A stretch of DNA of 64,000 nt, from the NCBI GenBank assembly GCA_965223845.1, contig CBDCXR010000004.1, positions 7,488,001 to 7,552,000 on the forward strand, written 5' to 3'. Shown piece after piece: positions 18,360-26,817 of the stretch. Position 1 is the first letter of the stretch; every line of letters begins with the position of its first letter. The stretch comes from Planctomycetota bacterium. GTDB taxonomy: Bacteria > Planctomycetota > UBA8108 > SXIK01. Below the pieces are notes generated by a model. The model did not search any database, was not told the DNA's origin, and was given only the letters and a program-made list of their open reading frames with translations. A program made the translations under genes and the position numbers.

Positions 18360-19223
18360 GTGCGCATGGGAACGCGACGACAGCGAGGCGGCGGTACTCT
18401 GCGCGGTAGCGCGGCGAGAGCCGGCGCGGTCACGATCGCGTGGCTCGTCTTCGCCGCCGGCGCGCCCGAGGTGGTGTGCGCCGTCGAGCCGGCGGACGCC
18501 GACAGCGTCCTACGGAACCTCGTCGGTCTCGAGCCGAGCGGTGCGCCGATGGCGATGCGGGTGCTCGTGCTTGTCACCGTGCTCGGAATCGTGCCGTCGA
18601 TCATTCTCTTGACGACCTGTTTCCCGCGCATCTTGATCCTCCTTTCGTTCCTCCGCCGTGCGCTCGGAACCCAGGATCTCCCGCCGCAGTCGGTCGTCAC
18701 CGGGCTCGCGCTCGTTCTCACCGTCGTCGTCATGCTCCCCGTTTGGCGAGAAGTGCACGCGAAAGCGTACGCGCCGCTCGTCGCCGGCGAGATCGAGACC
18801 GTCGAAGAGGCGCTCGCGCGAGCCGAGCGGCCGATCAAGGAGTTCATGCTTCGGCAGACGCTGCGGCGCGATCTCGCGCTCATGCTCGAGATCTCCGGCG
18901 AGACGCCGGCGCCCGCGACCTCGTCCTCGACGACGGCGGCTCCGAGTGGGAACGCGAACGGCGAGATCGATGCGGCGGACCTGCCGATCTTCGTCGTCCT
19001 CCCCGCGTTCGTTCTGAGCGAGCTCAAGCTCGCGTTTCAGATGGGATTCCTCATCTTTCTGCCGTTCGTGGTCATCGATCTCGTCGTGTCGGCCGTGCTT
19101 CTTTCGATGGGGATGTTCATGCTGCCTCCCGTTCTGGTCTCGCTCCCGCTCAAAGTGCTCGTATTCGTGATGGTGGACGGCTGGAACCTCATCGTCGGTC
19201 AGATGCTGCAGAGCTTCGCCTAG
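18360..19223 (+). CDS. fliP: Export gate protein FliP
   Basis: TTCFPRILILLSFLRRALG, PAFVLSELK.AFQMGFLIFLPFVVIDLVVS..L.SMGMFMLPP...DGW. Confidence 0.95.
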   Translation: MRMGTRRQRGGGTLRGSAARAGAVTIAWLVFAAGAPEVVCAVEPADADSVLRNLVGLEPSGAPMAMRVLVLVTVLGIVPSIILLTTCFPRILILLSFLRRALGTQDLPPQSVVTGLALVLTVVVMLPVWREVHAKAYAPLVAGEIETVEEALARAERPIKEFMLRQTLRRDLALMLEISGETPAPATSSSTTAAPSGNANGEIDAADLPIFVVLPAFVLSELKLAFQMGFLIFLPFVVIDLVVSAVLLSMGMFMLPPVLVSLPLKVLVFVMVDGWNLIVGQMLQSFA

Positions 19224-19251
19224 CTCGTCGGTTCCCGCTTCGGAGAGACGT

Positions 19252-19521
19252 ATGGACATCGAGATCGCCGTCGAACTTTGCCGCCGCGCACTCGCGCTCG
19301 CGATGCAGATCGGCCTTCCGATTCTCACGGTGGGCCTCGTGGTGGGTCTCGTCGTCAGCGTCGCGCAGGCGGCGACTCAGATCCAGGAACAGACGCTCTC
19401 CTTCATCCCGAAGATGGCAGCGATGGTCGCGGCCGTGTTCTTGCTTCTTCCGTGGGTGCTCTCGGTCGTGACGACCTACACGCACCAAGTGCTCAGCCGC
19501 CTCGCGAGCGGGGGGCCGTGA
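19252..19521 (+). CDS. fliQ: Export gate protein FliQ
   Basis: GLVVGLVVSVAQAATQIQEQTLSFIPK. Confidence 0.95.
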   Translation: MDIEIAVELCRRALALAMQIGLPILTVGLVVGLVVSVAQAATQIQEQTLSFIPKMAAMVAAVFLLLPWVLSVVTTYTHQVLSRLASGGP

Positions 19522-19629
19522 TGGCGATTGCTCCGCGGCGTTCGCGCGTAGATCGCCGAGTGCGGCGAGCTCGCCGCGCGGTGCGCAACGCGTCGAGCGC
19601 GTTCGAAGTCGATCGATCCGAGTGCTCCG

Positions 19630-20451
19630 ATGCCCAGTGTAGACATCCTTTCCGAGTGGCTCGCCGCCGCGGCGCGAAGTCCCGAGGGCCAGATGCATCT
19701 CCTCGCGACCGCGCGGATTCTCGGGCTCGTTCTCGTCGCGCCGTGTTTCTCGAGTCGTGCGTTGTCGATGCGGCTCAAAGTGGCGATCGCGCTCGTCCTC
19801 GGACTCGCGATCGCCGTGCACCCGTCGAACGCGTCGCGGCTTCCTCCGGCGAGTGCGGCGGTCCCTTGGCTCGCCATCGCGACGGAAGGGATGATCGGGG
19901 CGGCGTTCGGGTGGGCGGTGTTCCTCGTCTTCGGTGCCGTCCGCTCGATGGCGACGCTTTTCTCCGAGCAGATCGGCTTCGGCTTCGGAGGGATCATCGA
20001 TCCTTCGTCGGGACCGGGTTCGGCGGTCCTCCGCGGGCTGTTCGGCGCGCTCGCCCTCTTCGTCCTTCTCGCGACGGATCTCCATCACGCGCTCCTTCGC
20101 GGCGTCGCCGAGAGCTTTGCGGTCATCCCGCCCGGGCAGGTGTTCGCCGCGGGCGTCGTCGATGGCCTGGCCCGACTCGCTCTCGCCGGCGGCGCCTTTC
20201 TCTTCGAGGCGGTCGTTCTCCTCGCGCTTCCCGTGTCAGCCGTACTGATGCTCGTCACGGTTGCGCAGGGCGTCATGACTCGACTCTTTCCGGAGCTCGA
20301 GACGGTGCTCTTCGGAATGCTCCTTCGGGGGCTCGTCGCGATCGGAGTCATCGCGTTCGCCCTGCCGTCTTTCGTGACGGCGAGCGAATCGCTGCTCACC
20401 GCCGCCCTCGAGGAGGGTCGTACCCTCGTTCGCAGTTTGACGACTCCTTGA
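19630..20451 (+). CDS. fliR: Export gate protein FliR (divergent)
   Basis: ARILGLV..APCF, EGMIG, QIGFGFGGIIDP, LHHALL, LALP, RLFPEL; multiple TM segments after fliQ. Confidence 0.85.
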   Translation: MPSVDILSEWLAAAARSPEGQMHLLATARILGLVLVAPCFSSRALSMRLKVAIALVLGLAIAVHPSNASRLPPASAAVPWLAIATEGMIGAAFGWAVFLVFGAVRSMATLFSEQIGFGFGGIIDPSSGPGSAVLRGLFGALALFVLLATDLHHALLRGVAESFAVIPPGQVFAAGVVDGLARLALAGGAFLFEAVVLLALPVSAVLMLVTVAQGVMTRLFPELETVLFGMLLRGLVAIGVIAFALPSFVTASESLLTAALEEGRTLVRSLTTP

Positions 20452-20483
20452 GGTGACCGGATCGCCATTCGGGATGATCTGCC

Positions 20484-21287
20484 GTGAGTGACACGACCGA
20501 AAGAACCGAACGAGCGACCCAGAAGCGGCGCGAAGAAGCGCGCGCACAAGGGCGCATCCCGAAGAGCCGAGACCTCGTGCTCGCGCTCTCGCTCGTCGGG
20601 AGCTTCCTCCTGCTTCGGGCGGCGGGGGGACCCGTGGGCGACGATCTCCTCGGGTTCGTTCGAAGGTCCTTCGCCGAATTGAGCACCGCTTCCGAGCTCC
20701 GGACCTTCGACGTCCATGCCGTGCTCGTAGCGGGGATCGGCGTGTTCACGTCGGCCGTTCTCCCGTTCGCCCTCGTCGCCCTCGGAGTGACGATCGCGTC
20801 CTTCGTCGTCCAGGGGGTCTTCGTGCCGGCACCGCACTTGGTCCTCCCGCGGCCCGCACGGCTTCATCCGCTCGAAGGGATCCGCCGAACCGTTCGCCTC
20901 GAGAGTCTCGCGCTCGTTGGCTTCGCACTCCTCAAGCTCGCTCTCGTAGCGGGGTTTCTTTGGACTGCGATCGCGTCCGCCCTGGTCGACCCGAGCACCG
21001 TGACCGTGAAGAACGGGCGCTTTCTCACGCCGGAGGCGCTCTCCTCGTTCGGACTCGCGCTCGCGTGCGGACTCGCCGGCGCGGCGCTTCTCGACGTGAT
21101 CGTTCAGCGTTGGCTTTACGAGCGAAGCTTGCGCATGACCCCGGCGGAAGTGCGGGAAGAGGCGCAGGAGATGGAAGGGAACAGCAGCGTCAAGCGACAG
21201 CGGCGCCGCTTTTCGCGCTCGCTTCAGGGCGCCGGTCACGATCGTGTCGAGTCCGCTCCGCCGCTCGCCGGAGGGGGTGAGAGATGA
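20484..21287 (+). CDS. flhB: FlhB-like protein lacking the cytoplasmic NPTH domain
   Basis: ERTERATQKRREEARAQGRIPKSRDL, TM region, LRMTPAEVREEAQEMEGNSSVK then stop at 267 aa; no NPTH. Confidence 0.85.
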   Translation: MSDTTERTERATQKRREEARAQGRIPKSRDLVLALSLVGSFLLLRAAGGPVGDDLLGFVRRSFAELSTASELRTFDVHAVLVAGIGVFTSAVLPFALVALGVTIASFVVQGVFVPAPHLVLPRPARLHPLEGIRRTVRLESLALVGFALLKLALVAGFLWTAIASALVDPSTVTVKNGRFLTPEALSSFGLALACGLAGAALLDVIVQRWLYERSLRMTPAEVREEAQEMEGNSSVKRQRRRFSRSLQGAGHDRVESAPPLAGGGER

Positions 21288-23485
21288 GCGCCGCACGCCG
21301 GCCGGCTTCCGCATCGAGTCGATTCGCCTGGAGCTCTCCGTCGATGCACCGTCAGCCGCCGCTCTTTGCACCGCGATCGGCCGGAAACTCCGATCTCGCC
21401 GTTGTCGCCGCGCTCCTCGGGATCCTCTTCGTCATTCTTGTTCCGCTCCCGACGTGGCTGATCGACGGCCTTCTCGTCGTCAATGTCGTCGCATCGCTTC
21501 TTATCCTGATGACGACTGCTTGTCTCTCCGCTCCGCTCGAGTTCAGCGTGTTTCCGTCGGTCCTCTTGATCGCGACCTTCTTTCGGCTCGCACTCAACAT
21601 CGGGACGACGCGACTCATCCTCGGGGGAGACGGCGGTGCGACCGCCGCCGGCGGCGTCATCGAGGCATTCTCGACCTTCGTGGCCGGAAGCAATCTCGGC
21701 GGCGGCAGCGGGAGCAATCTCATCGTCGGACTGATTGTGTTCGCGATCATCATGGTCGTTCAGTTCGTCGTCATCACGAAAGGGACGACCCGCGTCTCCG
21801 AGGTGACCGCTCGGTTCACACTCGACGCGATGCCGGGGAAGCAGATGAGCATCGACAGCGATCTCGCTGCGGGTCTCATCGACGACGCGACCGCGCGCGA
21901 GCGACGCCGTGAGGTGAGTCGCCAAGCCGAGTTCTACGGCGCGATGGACGGGGCGAGCAAGTTCGTGCGCGGCGAGGCCCTCGCGGGCCTCGTCATCACG
22001 CTCGTCAACGTCGGCGCGGGTTTCCTCGTGGGCGTCTTCCACCACGGATTCTCGGTGGGGGACTCCGCGGAAATCTTCACCCGCCTCACGATCGGCGACG
22101 GCCTCGTGAGTCAAATCCCCGCGCTCATGGTCTCGGTCGCGACGGCGCTCATCGTGACGAAGAACGCGGCGGGGGAGAACCTGGGTCGCGACCTCTGGGA
22201 CCAGCTCTTCGCGAACGACCGAATCCTCTTCATGGTGTCGGCGTTTCTCCTCCTGCTCATCCCCTCGGGAATTCCGGCCGAGGCGCTCATCCTCGGCGCG
22301 ATTCTCTGCGGCGGGTTTGCGTTTCACTTGCGGAGACGACGTACTTCGGACGAGCGCGGCGAGTTCGAGGACGAGGAGGAAGAATTCGCCCTCGAAACCG
22401 GCGAGGCAGCGGGCGTCGAGCAGGAAGACGTTCGTTCACTCCTCGCCGTGGAGTCGATCGAGCTCGAGCTCGGCTTCCGCCTCGTCGGTCTCGTGGACGA
22501 GGAGCGTGGCGGAGACTTACTCGAGCGGATCGCGCGCGTGCGCGAGCGCGTTGCGATCGAGCTCGGATTCGTTCTGCCGCCGATTCGAGTTCACGACAAC
22601 ATCCGCGTGCGTCCGACGGAGTACACGATTCGACTCCGGGGAAACTCGCTCGGATGTTGGCGCGTCTATCCCGATCGATGGTTCGCGCTTCGCGGACCGG
22701 GAGTCGATGACGATGTCGAGCTCGAAGGAATCTCGGGTCGCGATCCACTCACGGGGGAAGCCGGCGTGTGGATCGACGACGATCGATCGCCTGCGGCCGG
22801 TCGCGCCGGGTGGACGGTGCGATCGGTGGCCGAGCTCCTCAGCGATCACCTCGAGAGCTTCGTCCGCTCCCACTCCTTCGAGATCTTGAGCCGCGAAGAA
22901 GTCGCGCGACTCGTCGCAGACCTCCGCACGCGCGCGCCGGTCGTCGTCGACGAGCTCATCCCCGCCCAGATGAAGCTCGGGCAGATCCACCGAGTTCTCG
23001 AGGAACTTCTGCGCGAGAACGTGAGCGTGCGCGACCTCGAGACGATCCTCACGGCGCTCGCCGACGCGCGGGAAGCGGGGGTGACCGAGATCGACGGGCT
23101 CGTCGCGCGGGTGCGGCGAGCGCTCGCGCGAACGATCTGCGGATCGGTCGCGGATGCCGAGCGGCGAATCCACGGCCGCCGGATCGACCCGGAGCTCGAG
23201 GACTTCCTCGCCGCCTCGATCCAGAGCGAAGCGCGACGGTTCGCACTCGCGCCGGGCGTCGCCGAATCGCTGGCGGGGACGCTCGCCGCCTCCCTCTCCG
23301 CCGGCGTCGATCGCGCCGGGGGAGTCGTGTTGTGCTCGGCGGCGATTCGCGCGCCGCTCCAGCGGCTCCTTCGCGAGACAGCCGGCCGCGCGACGGTGAT
23401 CGCGTACGACGAAGTGTGTGAAGGGTACCGGATCGAGTCTGCCGGATCGATCCGATTGGAAGAACTCGAACGAGCACTTTCGTAG
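21284..23485 (+). CDS. flhA: Export apparatus protein FlhA
   Basis: FRLALNIGTTRLIL, RVSEVTARFTLDAMPGKQMSIDSDL, FYGAMDGASKFVRG, TIGDGLVSQIP; alternative start ATG 21344. Confidence 0.95.
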   Translation: MSAARRPASASSRFAWSSPSMHRQPPLFAPRSAGNSDLAVVAALLGILFVILVPLPTWLIDGLLVVNVVASLLILMTTACLSAPLEFSVFPSVLLIATFFRLALNIGTTRLILGGDGGATAAGGVIEAFSTFVAGSNLGGGSGSNLIVGLIVFAIIMVVQFVVITKGTTRVSEVTARFTLDAMPGKQMSIDSDLAAGLIDDATARERRREVSRQAEFYGAMDGASKFVRGEALAGLVITLVNVGAGFLVGVFHHGFSVGDSAEIFTRLTIGDGLVSQIPALMVSVATALIVTKNAAGENLGRDLWDQLFANDRILFMVSAFLLLLIPSGIPAEALILGAILCGGFAFHLRRRRTSDERGEFEDEEEEFALETGEAAGVEQEDVRSLLAVESIELELGFRLVGLVDEERGGDLLERIARVRERVAIELGFVLPPIRVHDNIRVRPTEYTIRLRGNSLGCWRVYPDRWFALRGPGVDDDVELEGISGRDPLTGEAGVWIDDDRSPAAGRAGWTVRSVAELLSDHLESFVRSHSFEILSREEVARLVADLRTRAPVVVDELIPAQMKLGQIHRVLEELLRENVSVRDLETILTALADAREAGVTEIDGLVARVRRALARTICGSVADAERRIHGRRIDPELEDFLAASIQSEARRFALAPGVAESLAGTLAASLSAGVDRAGGVVLCSAAIRAPLQRLLRETAGRATVIAYDEVCEGYRIESAGSIRLEELERALS

Positions 23486-23551
23486 AGAGACCGAACGCCG
23501 GGCGAAGCGCTCGGTGACGCGGGTCCGACGTTTAGGAAGGAAGAGAAAGCT

Positions 23552-24799
23552 ATGACGTTTCGCCTCACTCGTATCGAGGCGCCGACCATGGATGAAGCGC
23601 TCGATAAGGTGCGCGACATGTTCGGCAGCGATGCGATGATCGTGAGCTCTCGCACGTTTCGTCGCGGGGGCGTGCTCGGCTTCGGTGGCCGCGAAGTTGT
23701 CGAGGTGTTCGCCGCCGACACGCGTTCGCGGATCGAGAACGTCGAGCGCGAGCGATCGAATCGCGTCCGGCCAGAGGACTCCAGCCCGGCCGCGGTGCTG
23801 AGTCGCTCTCCGAAGCCGGGCTCGGGCGGCGAGAGCGCGAACGGGGGCACGGGGAAAGCGAGCGGCGGTGCGGAGGCGGAGAACGGAGCCGCGTCCGCGG
23901 GGGGCAAAGGTCCGGCGTTCGAGGAGTTCGCGAGCGCGCTCGGACAGATTCGAGCCGAGATTCGCCAGTTCGTCTCGCGGACCGGCGGAGTGCATCACTA
24001 CAACCATCCGTTCCTCGCCGAGTGCTACGACCTCCTCGTCACGTGTGAGGTCGACGCTCAGGTCGCGGATCGCATCGTCCAGCTCATCTCCCACCTCAAC
24101 ATCCCGGACGGCTTCCCGGATCCGTCGCGCGTGCGCTCGGTCGTGCAAGCGCAGCTCGCGAAGCTGTTCGTCCCTCCGGCCGCCGCCGATGCGACGAAGA
24201 AGCCGCAGTTGATCTCTCTCATCGGGCCGACGGGCGTCGGGAAAACGACGACGATCGCCAAGCTCGCCGCGCGGGCGAAGATCAACGAGGGGCTGAGCGT
24301 CGGACTCGTCACGCTCGACACCTTCCGCATCGCCGCCATCGATCAACTCGAGAAATATGCGGAGATCATCGGGCTGCCGATGGCCGTCGCAACGCAGCCG
24401 CAGGAACTCGTCGAGGTCATCGACGAGTTTCGCGAGCGCGGAGTCGACCTCGTCTTCGTCGACTCCGCGGGAAGGAGTCATCGCGATGAGATGAAGATGG
24501 CGGAGCTTCGCGCATTCCTTTCCGTTCTACCGGATGTCGAGGTGCACCTCGTCCTCAGCACGACGACCCACGGCTCGACTCTCGAGAACGTCGCGAGTCG
24601 ATTCGCCGGCATCGGCTTCGATCGCCTGATCCTCACCAAGGTGGACGAGTCCGTCTCGTTCGGCGCACTCGTGAAGACGCTCCTCGCGATCGGTCGCCCG
24701 GTCTCGTTCGTCACCGACGGGCAGAACGTTCCGGACGACATCCTTCCCGGCGATCCGAACCGGCTCGCCAGTCTGGTTCTGAAGACGAAGGCGCAATGA
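23552..24799 (+). CDS. flhF: SRP-family GTPase FlhF
   Basis: GPTGVGKTTTIAKLAA, DTFRIAAIDQL, DSAG, TKVDE, GQNVPDD. Confidence 0.95.
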   Translation: MTFRLTRIEAPTMDEALDKVRDMFGSDAMIVSSRTFRRGGVLGFGGREVVEVFAADTRSRIENVERERSNRVRPEDSSPAAVLSRSPKPGSGGESANGGTGKASGGAEAENGAASAGGKGPAFEEFASALGQIRAEIRQFVSRTGGVHHYNHPFLAECYDLLVTCEVDAQVADRIVQLISHLNIPDGFPDPSRVRSVVQAQLAKLFVPPAAADATKKPQLISLIGPTGVGKTTTIAKLAARAKINEGLSVGLVTLDTFRIAAIDQLEKYAEIIGLPMAVATQPQELVEVIDEFRERGVDLVFVDSAGRSHRDEMKMAELRAFLSVLPDVEVHLVLSTTTHGSTLENVASRFAGIGFDRLILTKVDESVSFGALVKTLLAIGRPVSFVTDGQNVPDDILPGDPNRLASLVLKTKAQ

Positions 24800-24803
24800 G
24801 GGC

Positions 24804-25661
24804 GTGACGATGGACCAGGCAGAGAATCTCAGGAATCTGGTGAGGGGCACCGAGAGCCGGGCGCGCTTCCTCGCCGTCACCAGCGGAAAAGGGGGGGTCG
24901 GGAAGACCAATCTCGCCGTCAACCTGGGCGCGGCGATGAGCCGTCTCGGGAAGAAGGTGATCCTCGTCGACGTCGACATCGGCCTCGCGAACGCGGACGT
25001 GATGTTATCGGTCGCTCCGCGGCTCAATCTCGGCCACGTCCTCGCGGGCGAGGTCTCGGTGCTCGAGGTGCTGACGCCGACGCCGAGCGGGGTCCTTCTC
25101 CTCCCCGGATGCGTGGGAATGCGGCACGTTTCCGATCTCGACGATCACGAGCGCGAGTTCCTCGTGCGCGGCTTTCAAGAGCTGGAGGCCTACGCCGACA
25201 TCGTCCTCATCGACACCGGCGCAGGAATTTCTCGGAATGTCGTTCAGTTTGCGTCCGCATGTGACGAGATCTTGATAGTGACGATGCCGGAACCTACCGC
25301 GATGACGGACGGTTACGCCGTGATCAAGGCGGTCGCCCGCGAAAAGGGTCGCGGGAAGATCCGGCTCATCGTCAACCAGTGCCGCGATCGAGCCGACGCC
25401 CGCCGCGTGAGCGAGCGGATCCGTATGGTCTCGAAGCGGTTTCTCGGCATCGAGGTCGAGGATCTCGGCTACGTGGTGACGGATGAGATCGTTGGACAGT
25501 CCGTGCGGGAGAGACGTCCATTCGTGCTCGAGTACCCGCGGAGTCCCGTGACGCGCTGCGTATGGGAGATCGCCGGACGCTTGGTCGCGCCCGAGAACGC
25601 GCCCGCGAGCGGTGGGGTGTTCCGCCGTTTCGCCCGCGCGCTCACGAGTGTGCTCGGTTGA
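24804..25661 (+). CDS. flhG: MinD-like ATPase FlhG/FleN
   Basis: N-terminal DQAENLR, SGKGGVGKTN, DIGLAN, DTGAG, PEPTAMTDGY. Confidence 0.95.
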   Translation: MTMDQAENLRNLVRGTESRARFLAVTSGKGGVGKTNLAVNLGAAMSRLGKKVILVDVDIGLANADVMLSVAPRLNLGHVLAGEVSVLEVLTPTPSGVLLLPGCVGMRHVSDLDDHEREFLVRGFQELEAYADIVLIDTGAGISRNVVQFASACDEILIVTMPEPTAMTDGYAVIKAVAREKGRGKIRLIVNQCRDRADARRVSERIRMVSKRFLGIEVEDLGYVVTDEIVGQSVRERRPFVLEYPRSPVTRCVWEIAGRLVAPENAPASGGVFRRFARALTSVLG

Positions 25662-25718
25662 CCGAATCGCGGATCCGATTCGATCCGTTCGGGGGAAGAG
25701 AAGATTCCAGCGAAGAGA

Positions 25719-26738
25719 ATGAGGGGAGGTACTCCGGTGAGCGGAGTCCGAGGAACCAAAGCAGGACGGTCATCCGGGAGCCAGACGGCGACTGCCACCA
25801 AGCGATCGCGGCTGGAATCGGGCGGAGAGACGTCGGCGACGACGACACTCCCGCGAAAGTCTCGACTCTCGTCTACGCGAGGCGGAGTGGCGACGCGCAG
25901 CAGTGGGAAGAGCGAGGCCGCGGCGGAGACGACCACCGCGACGAAGAGAACGCGAAAGCGCAAGATCGCCGGAGATCCGAGCGAGATCGAAGCCGTTTGG
26001 AAAGAGTTCAAGAAGACGGGCGACCAGCGGCTCCGCAATCTGCTCATCGAGCGGTACCTGCCGCTCGTCAAGTACATCGCTGAACGCCTTCTCGCAAAGC
26101 TCCCGCAGAACATCGAGCTCGACGATCTGACGAGCGCGGGGATCTTCGGGCTGATGGACGCCGTCAAGGGCTACGACCTCAGCCGCGGCGTAAAGTTCGA
26201 AACCTACTGCACGACTCGCATTCGCGGCGCGATCCTCGACGAGCTGCGCTCGCTCGACTGGGTCCCGCGGATCGTTCGGAACAAGGCGAACCGCATCGAG
26301 AACACCTGGAAGACGCTCGAGATGGAGCTCGGGCGCTCGCCGACGGACATGGAGATGGCCCGCCATCTCGAAATGACGCCCGAGGAGTACCAGGACATGA
26401 TCCGCGAGGCGAGTGCGATCACGATCGTGAGCCTCACGGACAAGACGAAGGACGATCAGGGCTCGAAGAGCCTGCGAAAGATCGATGTCCTCGAGGACAA
26501 GAAGGGAATCGACCCCGAGTACGAGCTGAAGCGGAAGGAAATCACGGACTTCATCACCCGCGGTCTCAGTCGGAAGGAGCGCCTCATCCTCCTTCTCTAC
26601 TACTACGAAGACCTCACGATGCGGGAGATCGGCGCGACGCTCAGTCTCTCGGAGTCGCGCGTCTGTCAGCTTCACTCGCGCATCATCTTCCGGCTGAAGA
26701 ATCAGCTGAAGAAGTACCAGTCGGAGCTGCTGAGCTAG
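25719..26738 (+). CDS. fliA: Sigma-28 (FliA/WhiG) RNA polymerase sigma factor
   Basis: RIRGAILDELRSLDWVPR, YYYEDLTMREIG..L.LSESRVCQLHS; basic low-complexity N-terminal extension, start uncertain. Confidence 0.95.
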   Translation: MRGGTPVSGVRGTKAGRSSGSQTATATKRSRLESGGETSATTTLPRKSRLSSTRGGVATRSSGKSEAAAETTTATKRTRKRKIAGDPSEIEAVWKEFKKTGDQRLRNLLIERYLPLVKYIAERLLAKLPQNIELDDLTSAGIFGLMDAVKGYDLSRGVKFETYCTTRIRGAILDELRSLDWVPRIVRNKANRIENTWKTLEMELGRSPTDMEMARHLEMTPEEYQDMIREASAITIVSLTDKTKDDQGSKSLRKIDVLEDKKGIDPEYELKRKEITDFITRGLSRKERLILLLYYYEDLTMREIGATLSLSESRVCQLHSRIIFRLKNQLKKYQSELLS

Positions 26739-26817
26739 CGAGAGCCTCTCCGACCGCCGGGTTCTCCGCATCGTCTCGGATCCCGTTCCCGACGAGGCCG
26801 AACGAACGCGTAGAACG

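Noticed and set aside
12245-21287. Calling the divergent fli genes pseudogenes
   Set aside because: Reading frames are intact with preserved stop/start overlaps, and the lesions are targeted rather than random.
12245-26738. Interpretation as an injectisome (non-flagellar T3SS)
   Set aside because: FliG, FliO, FlhF, FlhG and FliA and a two-TM FliF are flagellar markers; no secretin, needle or SctD is visible.
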